Assembly (NCBI GenBank): GCA_041687695.1
Contig: JAWLBL010000001.1
Coordinates: forward strand, 32,001 to 96,000
DNA: 64,000 bases
Origin: Myxococcota bacterium
Lineage (GTDB): Bacteria; Myxococcota_A; UBA9042; PHBI01; JAWLBL01
Direction: 5' to 3'
Shown here: piece after piece, positions 39,162-48,425 of the stretch
Position numbering within the stretch: the stretch's first letter is position 1
Layout of the letters: each line of letters begins with the position of its first letter
Translations under genes and position numbers: made by a program
The notes under the pieces: model-generated
Databases searched by the model: none
The model's input: the letters and a program-made list of their open reading frames with translations, nothing else
Told to the model about the DNA's origin: nothing

Positions 39162-39174
39162 CCCGAGGCCCATC

Positions 39175-39516
39175 GTGGAACCGTCGTATCGGCTCCTTTG
39201 GCGGCTGCCGGACGGTGACGAGGTCGCCGCCGACGGTTACCGGCCGCTCAACCTGCTGGCGCACGCCGACATGATCGATCTGGATCTGCCGCAGGCCTGC
39301 GGCGGTCAGGCCGAGTGCGGCACCTGCCGGGTCCGCGTCGTCTCGGGCGAGGTGACGCCGCCCACGCCCGACGAGCTCGAGCTGCGCGCCCGCTTCCCGC
39401 GCCGCTTCGCCGAGGGCGAGCGCCTGTCGTGCCGCGCCCGCCCCCGCGGGGATCTGGTCATCGAGCCGCTGCGGGTCCGGCCGCCCGACCTGCGCGATCT
39501 CGAAGACGAGGCCTGA
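39175..39516 (+). CDS. 2Fe-2S ferredoxin
   Basis: CGGQAECGTC...RLSC. Confidence 0.88.
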   Translation: MEPSYRLLWRLPDGDEVAADGYRPLNLLAHADMIDLDLPQACGGQAECGTCRVRVVSGEVTPPTPDELELRARFPRRFAEGERLSCRARPRGDLVIEPLRVRPPDLRDLEDEA

Positions 39517-39523
39517 CGGATCG

Positions 39524-40213
39524 TCAGCCGCGCTCGAAGAGCCACGGCCGGAGCGTCGCGAGATCGGGCCCGGGCTCGTGCCGGTGGGCCACGCGCCGCA
39601 GCGGCGCCGGCGCCTCGCCCCAGGCGATCGAGAAGCCCGCGGCCCGCGCCACGTCGACGTCGTTGGGGCCGTCGCCCACGAAGGCCGTCCGGCGCAGCGA
39701 CACGCCCAGGCGCTCGGTCAGGTGCCGCAGGCCGGTCACCTTGTGCTGCTGGTCATACGGGGTCGCGGCGCCGCCCGCGATGCGGCCGTCGGCGTCGAAG
39801 CGGATCCGGTTGATCCAGACCTCGTCGAACGTCAGCTCCGGCAGGACGGCCTCGAGGACGAGGTCGAGCCCGCCCGAGAGCACCGCCACCGGGCAACCGG
39901 CCGCCCGGAGATCGGTGACGAGCGCGACCGCGCCGGGCGCCGGCCGCAGGTGCGCGACGGCGTCGAGGAGCCGCTGCCGGGTCGCGCCGGCGGCCGCGAG
40001 CATCTCGAGATCGGCGGCAAACCACTGGGCGTAGGTGATGCGGCCGGCCAGCGCGTCGGCCAGCACCGCGCGGCGGCGCTCGCGATCGGAGCCCAGGCGC
40101 TCGTGCAGCGTCTTCCAGATGGGCTCGTGGTGGGCGATGAGGGTGCCGTCGAGGTCGAAGACGACCAGATCGTAACGGCTGGCGAGCCGGGTCCGGGCGG
40201 CGGGCTGGGTCAA
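39524..40213 (-). CDS. HAD-IB family phosphatase (SerB-like)
   Basis: FDLDGTL, LSGG, K, VGDGPND. Confidence 0.88.
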   Translation of the reverse strand: MTQPAARTRLASRYDLVVFDLDGTLIAHHEPIWKTLHERLGSDRERRRAVLADALAGRITYAQWFAADLEMLAAAGATRQRLLDAVAHLRPAPGAVALVTDLRAAGCPVAVLSGGLDLVLEAVLPELTFDEVWINRIRFDADGRIAGGAATPYDQQHKVTGLRHLTERLGVSLRRTAFVGDGPNDVDVARAAGFSIAWGEAPAPLRRVAHRHEPGPDLATLRPWLFERG

Positions 40214-40288
40214 GGGCTGCTCCCTGTCGGGTCGGTGGTGTAGTGTCGCCCAACTTCCCGGACGCGGACATCATTTCGAGGAGCCCCG

Positions 40289-40624
40289 ATGAGCACCATC
40301 TTCGGCAAGATCGTTCGGCGCGAGCTGCCGGCGGACATCGTCTACGAGGACGACGACGTGCTGGCCTTCAAGGACCTGCACCCGGCGGCGCCGGTGCACG
40401 TCCTGGTCGTGCCCAAACGAGAGATCACCAGCATCGGCGCCATGGCCGACGACGACGCCGAGCTGGTCGGCAAGTGCCTCGTGGCGTGCCGGCGCGTGGC
40501 GGAGGCCGCCGGGCTGGAGGACTTCCGGGTCGTGACCAACAGCGGCGCCGGGGCCGGCCAGTCGGTCTTCCACCTGCACTTCCACGTGCTGGGCGGACGT
40601 TCGCTGCGCTGGCCGCCGGGCTGA
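40289..40624 (+). CDS. hinT: Histidine triad nucleotide-binding protein
   Basis: TIFGKIV, AGQSVFHLHFHVLGGR; GAGGAG SD. Confidence 0.93.
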   Translation: MSTIFGKIVRRELPADIVYEDDDVLAFKDLHPAAPVHVLVVPKREITSIGAMADDDAELVGKCLVACRRVAEAAGLEDFRVVTNSGAGAGQSVFHLHFHVLGGRSLRWPPG

Positions 40625-40643
40625 GGGGCCTCGCGCCCGGCCG

Positions 40644-42158
40644 TCACCAGCGCATGACGGCCGGGCGGACGCGCGCGTAGGCGAAGCGGGACAGGACCTG
40701 CACGACGGCGACCAGCGGGACGGCCATCACGGCGCCCTTGATGCCGAAGTAGTGCTCTCCGGCGATGAGCGCGAAGACCACGATGACCGGGTGGATCTTG
40801 GCGTTCGAGCCGATGATCTTGGGGTTGAGCACGTTCGACTCGAGCAGGTGGATGAAGACGAGCCAGAGCAGGACCAGGACGGCGGTCATGGTCCCGTGGG
40901 TCAGGGCCACCAGCAGCGCCGGGATGGTGCTGATGATCATCCCGAAGATGGGGATGAGGCTCAGCACGCCCGCGAACACGGCCAGCACCAGCGCGTACTC
41001 GGGGATGAAGATGAGATAGCCGATGCCGCTCAGGACGCCGTTGACCAGGCAGATCATGAGCTGCCCACGCACCACGCCGGCGAGGCTCAGGTCGAGCTCG
41101 TGGACGAGGCGTTGGTAGTGGCCGGTGAAGCGCGGCGGGACCAGGCCGCGGAAGAAGCGTTGGATGGGCTTCAGATCGATGAGCAGGAAGGCCGCGACCA
41201 TGAAGGTCAGGATGAGGCCGACGAGGAAGCCCACGAAGCCGCGGAGGCCGTCCTGGACGATCTCGACCGTGCCGCGGACCAGCCCCTCGGTGAGGCGCTC
41301 GAGCCCCTCGCGCAGCTTGGCGATGACCGACTCGCGGAGGTTCTCGATGCGCGAGACGGCCGGCGCGCCCTCGCGCGGCACCAGGGTGTAGCGCCCCTCA
41401 CCCTGGTCGAGCAGCTCGACCGGGACCTGGTTGATGCGCACGCCCCAGGTGCCCTCGCCCAGGCGCTCCAGGACGACGTTGGCGCGGCGGGCCGCCTCGT
41501 CGACCTCCTCGAGCGAGCGCGGGAGCGCGCCGTCGTCGCGGTCGGGCAGGCGGAGCTCCTCGAGCCGGATGAGGTCGCGCACGGAGACCGGGAAGCTGAC
41601 GTCGTCGAGGCGCGGGATGTCGGCGCGGACGAGATCCGGGGCGAGGCCGAGGTTGGGGCCGAGGCCCCAGCGGCTGGCGTCGGCCGCCTCGCCGGTGGCC
41701 TCGGGGCGCTCGGCGCGGCGGCGCGAGGGGGGCTCGGCGCCCAGGGCCGAGCGGAGGTTCTCCTCGAAGCGGCCGTAGTAGGAGGGGGCGTCGGTGAGGA
41801 AGCCCTGCACGGCCGCGCCGAGGCGTCGCGCCTCGTACTCGAGCTTGGGGATGGTGTAGTAGACGAAGCCGACCGTGGTGCCGAAGAGCAGGAGGTAGCT
41901 GGTGATGACGGCGACCCAGCGCGGCATCCAGGGGGTCAGGCGCTCGACCAGGGGGGCCATGATGTAGGCCAGGATGAGCGCCAGCAGGAACGGCATCAGG
42001 ACGTCGGCGACGGCCATGACGGCGACGGCGAGCGCCGCGGCCATCCCCACGAAGACGAGGCGCGCGCGGCGGTCACCACGACCGCCGCCGGGACCGGCGG
42101 GGCGCGGCCGGGCGCGCGGGGCGGCGGCAGGGGCGGAGGGCCGGTATGGCGCAGGCAT
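40644..42158 (-). CDS. AI-2E family membrane protein with large soluble insertion
   Basis: PFLLALILAYIMAPLV, VVRGQL, LIPIFG, ESNVLNPKIIG..IHP. Confidence 0.88.
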   Translation of the reverse strand: MPAPYRPSAPAAAPRARPRPAGPGGGRGDRRARLVFVGMAAALAVAVMAVADVLMPFLLALILAYIMAPLVERLTPWMPRWVAVITSYLLLFGTTVGFVYYTIPKLEYEARRLGAAVQGFLTDAPSYYGRFEENLRSALGAEPPSRRRAERPEATGEAADASRWGLGPNLGLAPDLVRADIPRLDDVSFPVSVRDLIRLEELRLPDRDDGALPRSLEEVDEAARRANVVLERLGEGTWGVRINQVPVELLDQGEGRYTLVPREGAPAVSRIENLRESVIAKLREGLERLTEGLVRGTVEIVQDGLRGFVGFLVGLILTFMVAAFLLIDLKPIQRFFRGLVPPRFTGHYQRLVHELDLSLAGVVRGQLMICLVNGVLSGIGYLIFIPEYALVLAVFAGVLSLIPIFGMIISTIPALLVALTHGTMTAVLVLLWLVFIHLLESNVLNPKIIGSNAKIHPVIVVFALIAGEHYFGIKGAVMAVPLVAVVQVLSRFAYARVRPAVMRW

Positions 42159-42223
42159 CAGCCCGAGTCTAGCGGGGCGGCGCCCTCAGGCAATCGAGCG
42201 GGCCCGGGCGCGGGGCGGCCCCG

Positions 42224-45121
42224 TCAGGGCGTGGTCGTCGGCGCGAACGGATCGAGGTCCGGGGCTGGCTGATCCTGGGCCGTCTTGAAGCGGGGCGACC
42301 AGGGCGAGGCGGCCAGGAACTCGGCCTCGGAGAGCTTGCCGCGGTCGACCATGACGCTCATGATCCAGCGCAGGTGCCGCCGCCAGCCGTCGGTGACCTC
42401 GCCGCGCTTGTACTGGTGGTAGTAGCGCTTGGGGCTGGGGATGAGGCTGACCAGGAACACCGACTCGAGGGCGCTCAGCTCGGCCGGGTGCTTGGCGAAG
42501 TAGTGGTCGGCGGCGCGCGTGATGCCGTAGATGCCCGGGCCCCACTCGATGACGTTGAGGTACAGCTCCATGATGCGCTCCTTGGGCAGGGCGCTCTCGA
42601 GCTGCCAGGTGATGAACATCTCCTGGAGCTTGCGCGAGATGGTCTTGGAGCGGCTGAGGAACAGGTTCTTGACCAGCTGCTGGCTGATGGTGCTGGCGCC
42701 GCGGACGAAGCCGCCCTTCTTGAGGTTGGTGACGAGCGACTCGCGGATGGCGAAGGGCGAAAAGCCCGAGTGGCGGAAGAAGCTGCCGTCCTCGGTCGTG
42801 GTGACCGCCTGAACGACGTGGGGGCTGACCTGGTCGAGGGACGTCCACGAGGGCGAGCCGGGGCCGACGAGCATCTCGCGGACGGTGCCGTCGCTCTCCT
42901 CGAGGCGGTGGACGAAGGTGCCGGCCACGGCGCCGAGGTTCAGGCGGTGGCCCAGATCGAGCACCTTGAAGGCCTGCAGCTCGGGGTAGGTGTTGTAGAC
43001 GAGGCCGTCGACGTTGGCGGTGTCGAGGTTGAAGTCGAGCTGCCACGACAGGGTGCCGGCGACCTGCAGGCCCTCGAGCATGGGGATGAGCTCGAGCGGC
43101 AGCGAGTCGACGACGTCCTGGCAGCGGGTGCGCTCGAGGCGGAGGGCGCCGGAGAGCTTGGGGGCCGCGTCGTACTCGGCGACGTCGCCGCGCACCGTGA
43201 GCGCGACCTTGCCGAGCTTCACCTGGCTCTTGCTGAGGACGAAGGTCTTGCGGGCGCGGTCGAGCTGGACGGAGAAGGTCGCGTCGACGTCGATGCCGGT
43301 CATGGCGTCGGAGGCGACCGCCGGGTGGTAGACGGCGAGGTCGGTCGCCGCGACTCGGCCCTCGACCCGGGCTACCTGGCTGGAGGGCGACCAGACCAGG
43401 GTCAGGTCGGTGTCGTGCAGGGCGGTGGTCTCGGAGACGGGGAACGCCTCGGGGACGATGTGGCGATAGGGATGCAGCGCGAGGCGGCCGAGGTCCCCGT
43501 GGAGCTGCACGTCGCCGGTGTCGAGGTGGACCCGCCCATCGACGACGTTGGTGTCGCGGCCGGCGCCGGGGACGATGAAGGAGGCCTTCCACTCGAGGAG
43601 GTCGCCCGCGCGGGCGAGATCGAGGTCGAAGTTCTCGAGGCGCTCGTCGAGGCGGAGGCCGCCGGCGGTCGGGCTGGCCATGTCGCGCCAGACGAAGTGG
43701 CCGCCGCGGACCGCCAGCTTGCGCAGGGGCAGCCGCCCGGCGACGGCACGCGCGCGTCGGGAGCCGCGGTCGAGTTCCCGCTCGGCGCGGGCGAACAGGG
43801 CGATGAGCGCCTGACGCAGCTCGTCGCCGTCCGCCTGGGTGGCCGCGCCGGTCAGGCGGCGGCTGGCGGCGCGGGTCGCCTCCATCAGGACGCCGAGGGC
43901 CTTGTCGGGGCCCACGTCGGCGGCGACGGCGGCGGCCGGGATCTCGGCCGCGCCGCCCAGCCCCGGGCCGACCAGATCGCTGAAGTTGTGGCCCTGCGGG
44001 CGCCGCTCGAAGACCAGGGCCGGCTGGTGCAGCTCGATGAGCGCCAGGGCGCCCAGGACCTCGCCCGCCCCGCCCTGCCCCGCCGCGAGCCGGCGGGCCG
44101 CCGTGAGCAGGCTGGGCACGTCGGGCACGAGCCGCACGCGCCGGATGGACACGGCCGGGTCGACCGGCTCGTCGGCGGCGAAGCCCTCGGGCGGCGCCGG
44201 GACCGAGAGCGCGACGTCGTCGAGCTCGAGCGCCTGGTCCTGCCAGCGGACGGCGCCCACGGCGGCGACCCGGGCGCCGACCACCGCGCGGATGGGACGA
44301 TCGAAGCGGACCGACAGCGGCCCCGGGCCGGCGTCGAGGCCGCCGCCGAGCGGCAAGACGCCCTGGACGGTCAGGCCCTGGCCCGGATCGAGCGACGTCT
44401 CGTGGAAGCGCAGCTCGACGGTGAGGTTGTCGTCCTCCTTGAGCAGGGCCGTGTTGCGGGCGACCAGCTCGCCGCCCTCGAGGCGGATGACCCTGGGCAG
44501 GTGGAGCGGCTCGGGGACGCGGACGCCCTGGCCGTCGAGCGTGACCTCGAGGTCCGAGGCCCGGACCTCGGGCAGGTGGCGCACCAGGAACCGCCCGAGG
44601 CCGCCGCCGCCGCCGCCTTCGCGGCCCGGCTTGGGGCGCGCGAGGTCGCGCAGGCCGGTCAGCGCCCTGCGGAAGTTGTCCGAGCCGTCGCCCCGCCGCA
44701 CGAGGTGGACGCGCGCGCCGTCGAGCGCAACGTCGCGCAGCTTGACGCGCGCGCGCAGCCAGCCGACGTCGGCCCGCACGGTCACCCGGTCCAGGGTCGC
44801 GAGGGCCGGCTCGTCGCCGCCGGGCGCGACGCCCTCGGCGCGGACGACGACGTCGGTCAGCGTGACCGTGCCGCCGAAGCTCCAGTCGGCCGAGCCCCAG
44901 GTGACGTCGACGCCCAGCGCGCGCTCGACGCGCGCCTCGATGCGCTGGCCGGCCCGCTCGATCATGCCGGGGGTCCCCGCGGCCAGCCCGGCGGCGACGG
45001 CCACCAGGAAGACGAGCAGGTGTGCGGCGACTCTCAAGGGGGACAGCCTCGCGCGCCCGCGGGGGCGCCAGGGAGGGGCGAACGACCGGGCCGGAGTACC
45101 ATGGCGCCCGGCGTCCCTCAA
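42224..45121 (-). CDS. Large monofunctional peptidoglycan transglycosylase (GT51) with AsmA-like N-terminus
   Basis: EDGSFFRHSG, GASTISQQLVKNLFL, RKLQE, YLNVIEWG; no transpeptidase domain. Start uncertain (possibly TTG 45037). Confidence 0.85.
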   Translation of the reverse strand: MRDAGRHGTPARSFAPPWRPRGRARLSPLRVAAHLLVFLVAVAAGLAAGTPGMIERAGQRIEARVERALGVDVTWGSADWSFGGTVTLTDVVVRAEGVAPGGDEPALATLDRVTVRADVGWLRARVKLRDVALDGARVHLVRRGDGSDNFRRALTGLRDLARPKPGREGGGGGGLGRFLVRHLPEVRASDLEVTLDGQGVRVPEPLHLPRVIRLEGGELVARNTALLKEDDNLTVELRFHETSLDPGQGLTVQGVLPLGGGLDAGPGPLSVRFDRPIRAVVGARVAAVGAVRWQDQALELDDVALSVPAPPEGFAADEPVDPAVSIRRVRLVPDVPSLLTAARRLAAGQGGAGEVLGALALIELHQPALVFERRPQGHNFSDLVGPGLGGAAEIPAAAVAADVGPDKALGVLMEATRAASRRLTGAATQADGDELRQALIALFARAERELDRGSRRARAVAGRLPLRKLAVRGGHFVWRDMASPTAGGLRLDERLENFDLDLARAGDLLEWKASFIVPGAGRDTNVVDGRVHLDTGDVQLHGDLGRLALHPYRHIVPEAFPVSETTALHDTDLTLVWSPSSQVARVEGRVAATDLAVYHPAVASDAMTGIDVDATFSVQLDRARKTFVLSKSQVKLGKVALTVRGDVAEYDAAPKLSGALRLERTRCQDVVDSLPLELIPMLEGLQVAGTLSWQLDFNLDTANVDGLVYNTYPELQAFKVLDLGHRLNLGAVAGTFVHRLEESDGTVREMLVGPGSPSWTSLDQVSPHVVQAVTTTEDGSFFRHSGFSPFAIRESLVTNLKKGGFVRGASTISQQLVKNLFLSRSKTISRKLQEMFITWQLESALPKERIMELYLNVIEWGPGIYGITRAADHYFAKHPAELSALESVFLVSLIPSPKRYYHQYKRGEVTDGWRRHLRWIMSVMVDRGKLSEAEFLAASPWSPRFKTAQDQPAPDLDPFAPTTTP

Positions 45122-45201
45122 GAAACGGGAAGGCCGCCGCGACGCGGGAGATCCGCGGCGGGCGGCCTGGAGGGCGGCTCGGGCGCGAGGCCCGCGCCGG
45201 G

Positions 45202-45636
45202 TCAGTCGCTGGACGTGATGACGGTGACGGCGATGAGGCCGACCGCGACGCTGACGCCGAGGGCGATGAGGCCGACGGTCTTGGGCGTCGAGAGGAGGTC
45301 CACCTCGTAGGACTGGATCTCGCCGAGGGCGAGCAGCGTGTCGCGGTCGGAGGCGACGAGCTGGCTGCCGGTCATCTTGAAGTTGAAAGGGGTGATGGGG
45401 TAGCGGCGCCCGCCCACCGAGCGGACGTACAGCGGGGTCTCACGGTCGACGACGACCTGGTCTCCCGAGTTGCTGGTGACGGTGCGCGGGACCTCTTCCG
45501 CGGTCTGCAGCGCGGCGAACTCTTCCTGCGAGACGCGGTAGGTGTTGAAGCAGCCGGACAGCGCCGCCATCAGGAAGGCGACGGTCGTGGCGAGCGCGGT
45601 GGCGCGACCGGTGCGCCGAGCGGTGGAGATGCGCAT
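45202..45636 (-). CDS. Uncharacterised lipoprotein with C-terminal TM
   Basis: ALSGC lipobox; C-terminal hydrophobic helix after KT. Confidence 0.75.
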   Translation of the reverse strand: MRISTARRTGRATALATTVAFLMAALSGCFNTYRVSQEEFAALQTAEEVPRTVTSNSGDQVVVDRETPLYVRSVGGRRYPITPFNFKMTGSQLVASDRDTLLALGEIQSYEVDLLSTPKTVGLIALGVSVAVGLIAVTVITSSD

Positions 45637-45672
45637 GGACCCTCGTGGAGCCGGTTGTCAAGAGCGGGGCGC

Positions 45673-45701
45673 ATCCTAACAGCGGCCCCGAGGGTGATCA
45701 A
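45673..45701 (-). promoter_or_regulatory. Sigma70-like extended -10 promoter
   Basis: TTGATC-N17-TAGGAT with TG one base before the -10. Confidence 0.5.
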
Positions 45702-45828
45702 CAACGTCGGGCCGGCGCGGGGCGGTGGCGCAGCAAATCGCCGGGACGGAAGGAGGCGGTTGCAATCGGGGTTGGGTTCGGGCACGTGTGAGCCCGGGCG
45801 CGGTGACCGCTCGCGAGCGAGGTGGACG

Positions 45829-46710
45829 ATGACGGCGGTGAAGGTGACGGACGAGGCGACCCCCGTCGAGGGCGGCGAGCGCAGGGCGCAGGCGGTGGCC
45901 GACGGGTATCGGCTGCACCGCCGGCTCGACCGCATCGCGCGTCTGCTCGGCGACGAGCGCATGCAGCGTCTGGCGGCGTCGCACGTCGTGGTGTTCGGGT
46001 GCGGAGGCGTCGGCAGCTTCGCGGCCGAGTCGCTGGTCCGGTCGGGGGTCGGCAAGGTCACGCTGGTCGACTTCGACCTCGTCTGCGCGACCAACACCAA
46101 CCGGCAGCTGCACGCCATGAAGGGCACGACCGGGCGCCCCAAGGTGATGGTGATGGCCGAGCGGCTGCGGCTGGTGAACCCGGCCTGTGAGGTCGTGCCG
46201 CGGATGGAGTTCTACCAGGCGGCCAGCAGCGAGGAGCTGCTCGAGGAGGGCGGCCGCCCGGACTTCGTCGTCGACGCCATCGACAACGTCACGGCCAAGT
46301 GCCACCTCATCGCGACGTGCCGCGACAAGGGCCTGCCGCTGGTCGTGTCGACGGGCGCCGCGGCGCGGCTGGACCCGACGCGCATCCGGGTCGCCGACCT
46401 CAACCGCACCGAGATGGACCCGCTCGCGCGCGCCGTGCGCAAGATCCTGCGCGACAAGTACGGCTTCCCGGCGCGGGCGCTGACGGGCGTGCCGGCCGTC
46501 TTCAGCGAGGAGGCGCCGAGCCCGCCCTGGGAGCTGGTCTACGACCACGGCGAGGGCTTCCGGTGCGTCTGCCCGCAGGGCGACAACGGCCTGCACTCGT
46601 GCGAGGACCGCAACCGCATCGACGGCAGCGCCTCGTTCGTGACGGGCGCCTTCGGCCTCGCGGCGGCCTCGGTCGCCGTGCGCGGGCTGTGCGGCGAACC
46701 CATCCTCTGA
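45829..46710 (+). CDS. tcdA: tRNA threonylcarbamoyladenosine dehydratase (ThiF/E1-like)
   Basis: VFGCGGVGS, DFDLVCATNTNRQ, VVDAIDNVTAK, DPLARAVRK, VFSEE, GSASFVTGAFG. Confidence 0.9.
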   Translation: MTAVKVTDEATPVEGGERRAQAVADGYRLHRRLDRIARLLGDERMQRLAASHVVVFGCGGVGSFAAESLVRSGVGKVTLVDFDLVCATNTNRQLHAMKGTTGRPKVMVMAERLRLVNPACEVVPRMEFYQAASSEELLEEGGRPDFVVDAIDNVTAKCHLIATCRDKGLPLVVSTGAAARLDPTRIRVADLNRTEMDPLARAVRKILRDKYGFPARALTGVPAVFSEEAPSPPWELVYDHGEGFRCVCPQGDNGLHSCEDRNRIDGSASFVTGAFGLAAASVAVRGLCGEPIL

Positions 46711-46825
46711 GGTGCCCCCCGCCGTCGAGGGGGCGTCGCGCGCTGGCGCGGTGACGCCCGGGCTGCTAGTCTTCGCCGCGGGTTGGCCGGGGGCGGTCAG
46801 CCACTTTCGCTGCGCTGAGAGGGTC

Positions 46826-48343
46826 ATGGACTACGCCACGCTGATTCGTCTCGACCGCGTGAAGCCGGGCTTCGCGATGCCGTTCAACCACCGGGTCGTG
46901 GGCGACCGCGTCCTGGTGACCAACGACCTGGGCGACTGGGCGTTCCTCGAGCCGGACGAGCTGCGCCGCTTCGTCGAGGGCGAGCTGACGCCCGACGAGC
47001 CGCTGTACCGCAAGCTGGCCGAGCGGAACTTCATCGCCGCCGAGGTCGACGTGGCCGCGCAGGCCGAGCGCTACGGCCGCAAGAAGCGCTTTTTGCGCTA
47101 CGGGCCGACGCTGCACGCCATGGTGCTGACCGAGCGGTGCAACCACGGCTGCCAGTACTGCCACTCGTCCATCGTCGGCATGAGCCGCACCGACACCGAC
47201 ATGCCCATCGACGTCGCCGAGCGCGCCGTCGACATGGCGTTCATGACGACCAGCCCGGGCCTGACCATCGAGTTCCAGGGCGGCGAGCCGACGGCGAACT
47301 GGGAGACCCTGACCCACATCGTCAACTACGCCCGCAAGAAGAACGTGGTCGCGCGCAAGGATCTGTCCTTCGCGCTCGTCACGAACTTCAGCCTGATGAC
47401 CGACGAGAAGCTGGACTTCCTCATCGACAACGCCGTGCAGATCTGCACGAGCCTCGACGGGCCCGAGGACCTCCACAACAAGATCCGCATCTACAAGGGC
47501 GGCAACTCCTGGCAGCTCACGACGGGCTGGATCAAGAAGATCAACCAGCGCTACGCGGACATGGGGCTCGACCCGACCCTGTACCGCGTCGAGGCCCTGC
47601 CGACCCTGACCCGTGACTCGCTGCCGCGCTGGAAGGAGATCATCGACACCTACGTGTCGCTGGGCTGCCGCGCGGTCTTTCTGCGCAAGCTCGACCCGTT
47701 CGGCTTCGCGGCGGCGACCGCCAAGAAGCTGGGCTACTCGATGGACGAGTACCTCGCCTTCTACCGCACGGCCCTGGACTACATCATCGAGCTCAACAAG
47801 CAGGGCGTGCAGGTGATGGAGCGCCACGCGGCCATCATGCTGTCGAAGATCCTCAGCGACGACGAGCCGAACTACCTGGATCTGCGCACGCCCGGCGGCG
47901 CCGGCATCGGCCAGCTGGGCTATCACCCCAACGGCAGCGTCTACTCGAGCGACGAGGGCCGCATGGTCGCCGCCATGGGCGACGACGTCTTCCGCATCGG
48001 CAACGTCAAGACGGACGGCTACCAGCAGATCATGACCAGCGCCACCGTGCGCGCGCTGGTGCTGGCCTCGACCAACGACGCCCACCCCGACTGCGTCAGC
48101 TGCACCTACAAGGCCTACTGCGGCCAGCAACCCGAGTACAACTACAAGACCCAGGGCTCCATCTTCGGGCGCATGCGCGACTCGACCTGGTGCAAGAAGC
48201 ACAAGAACATCTTCGACACCCTGTTCGAGCGGCTGCTGCGCGCCGACGAGCAGGAGATGGAGATCTTCGCCCGCTGGACGACCAACCGCGTCCAGGAGCA
48301 CTTCCTGCAGCCCAAGGGCGCGGACGAGGCCGAGGCGGCCTGA
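46826..48343 (+). CDS. hxsB: His-Xaa-Ser system radical SAM maturase HxsB-like
   Basis: PFNHR..VLVTNDLGDWAFL N-terminus, CNHGCQYC, IEFQGGEP, YLDLRTPGGAGIGQLGY..G.VYSSDEGRM, SPASM CxxCxxxxxC. Confidence 0.85.
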   Translation: MDYATLIRLDRVKPGFAMPFNHRVVGDRVLVTNDLGDWAFLEPDELRRFVEGELTPDEPLYRKLAERNFIAAEVDVAAQAERYGRKKRFLRYGPTLHAMVLTERCNHGCQYCHSSIVGMSRTDTDMPIDVAERAVDMAFMTTSPGLTIEFQGGEPTANWETLTHIVNYARKKNVVARKDLSFALVTNFSLMTDEKLDFLIDNAVQICTSLDGPEDLHNKIRIYKGGNSWQLTTGWIKKINQRYADMGLDPTLYRVEALPTLTRDSLPRWKEIIDTYVSLGCRAVFLRKLDPFGFAAATAKKLGYSMDEYLAFYRTALDYIIELNKQGVQVMERHAAIMLSKILSDDEPNYLDLRTPGGAGIGQLGYHPNGSVYSSDEGRMVAAMGDDVFRIGNVKTDGYQQIMTSATVRALVLASTNDAHPDCVSCTYKAYCGQQPEYNYKTQGSIFGRMRDSTWCKKHKNIFDTLFERLLRADEQEMEIFARWTTNRVQEHFLQPKGADEAEAA

Positions 48344-48425
48344 CGACCAGACACGACGTCACCTGGTGACGGGGGCGGTCGGCGCGCGCTGGCCGCCCCT
48401 CTCTCTTTCGAACGTCAGGCCAGCT

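Noticed and set aside
45829..48343. ThiF + radical SAM as a RiPP cluster
   Set aside because: The ThiF protein has TcdA-specific motifs; no precursor, transporter or protease adjacent.
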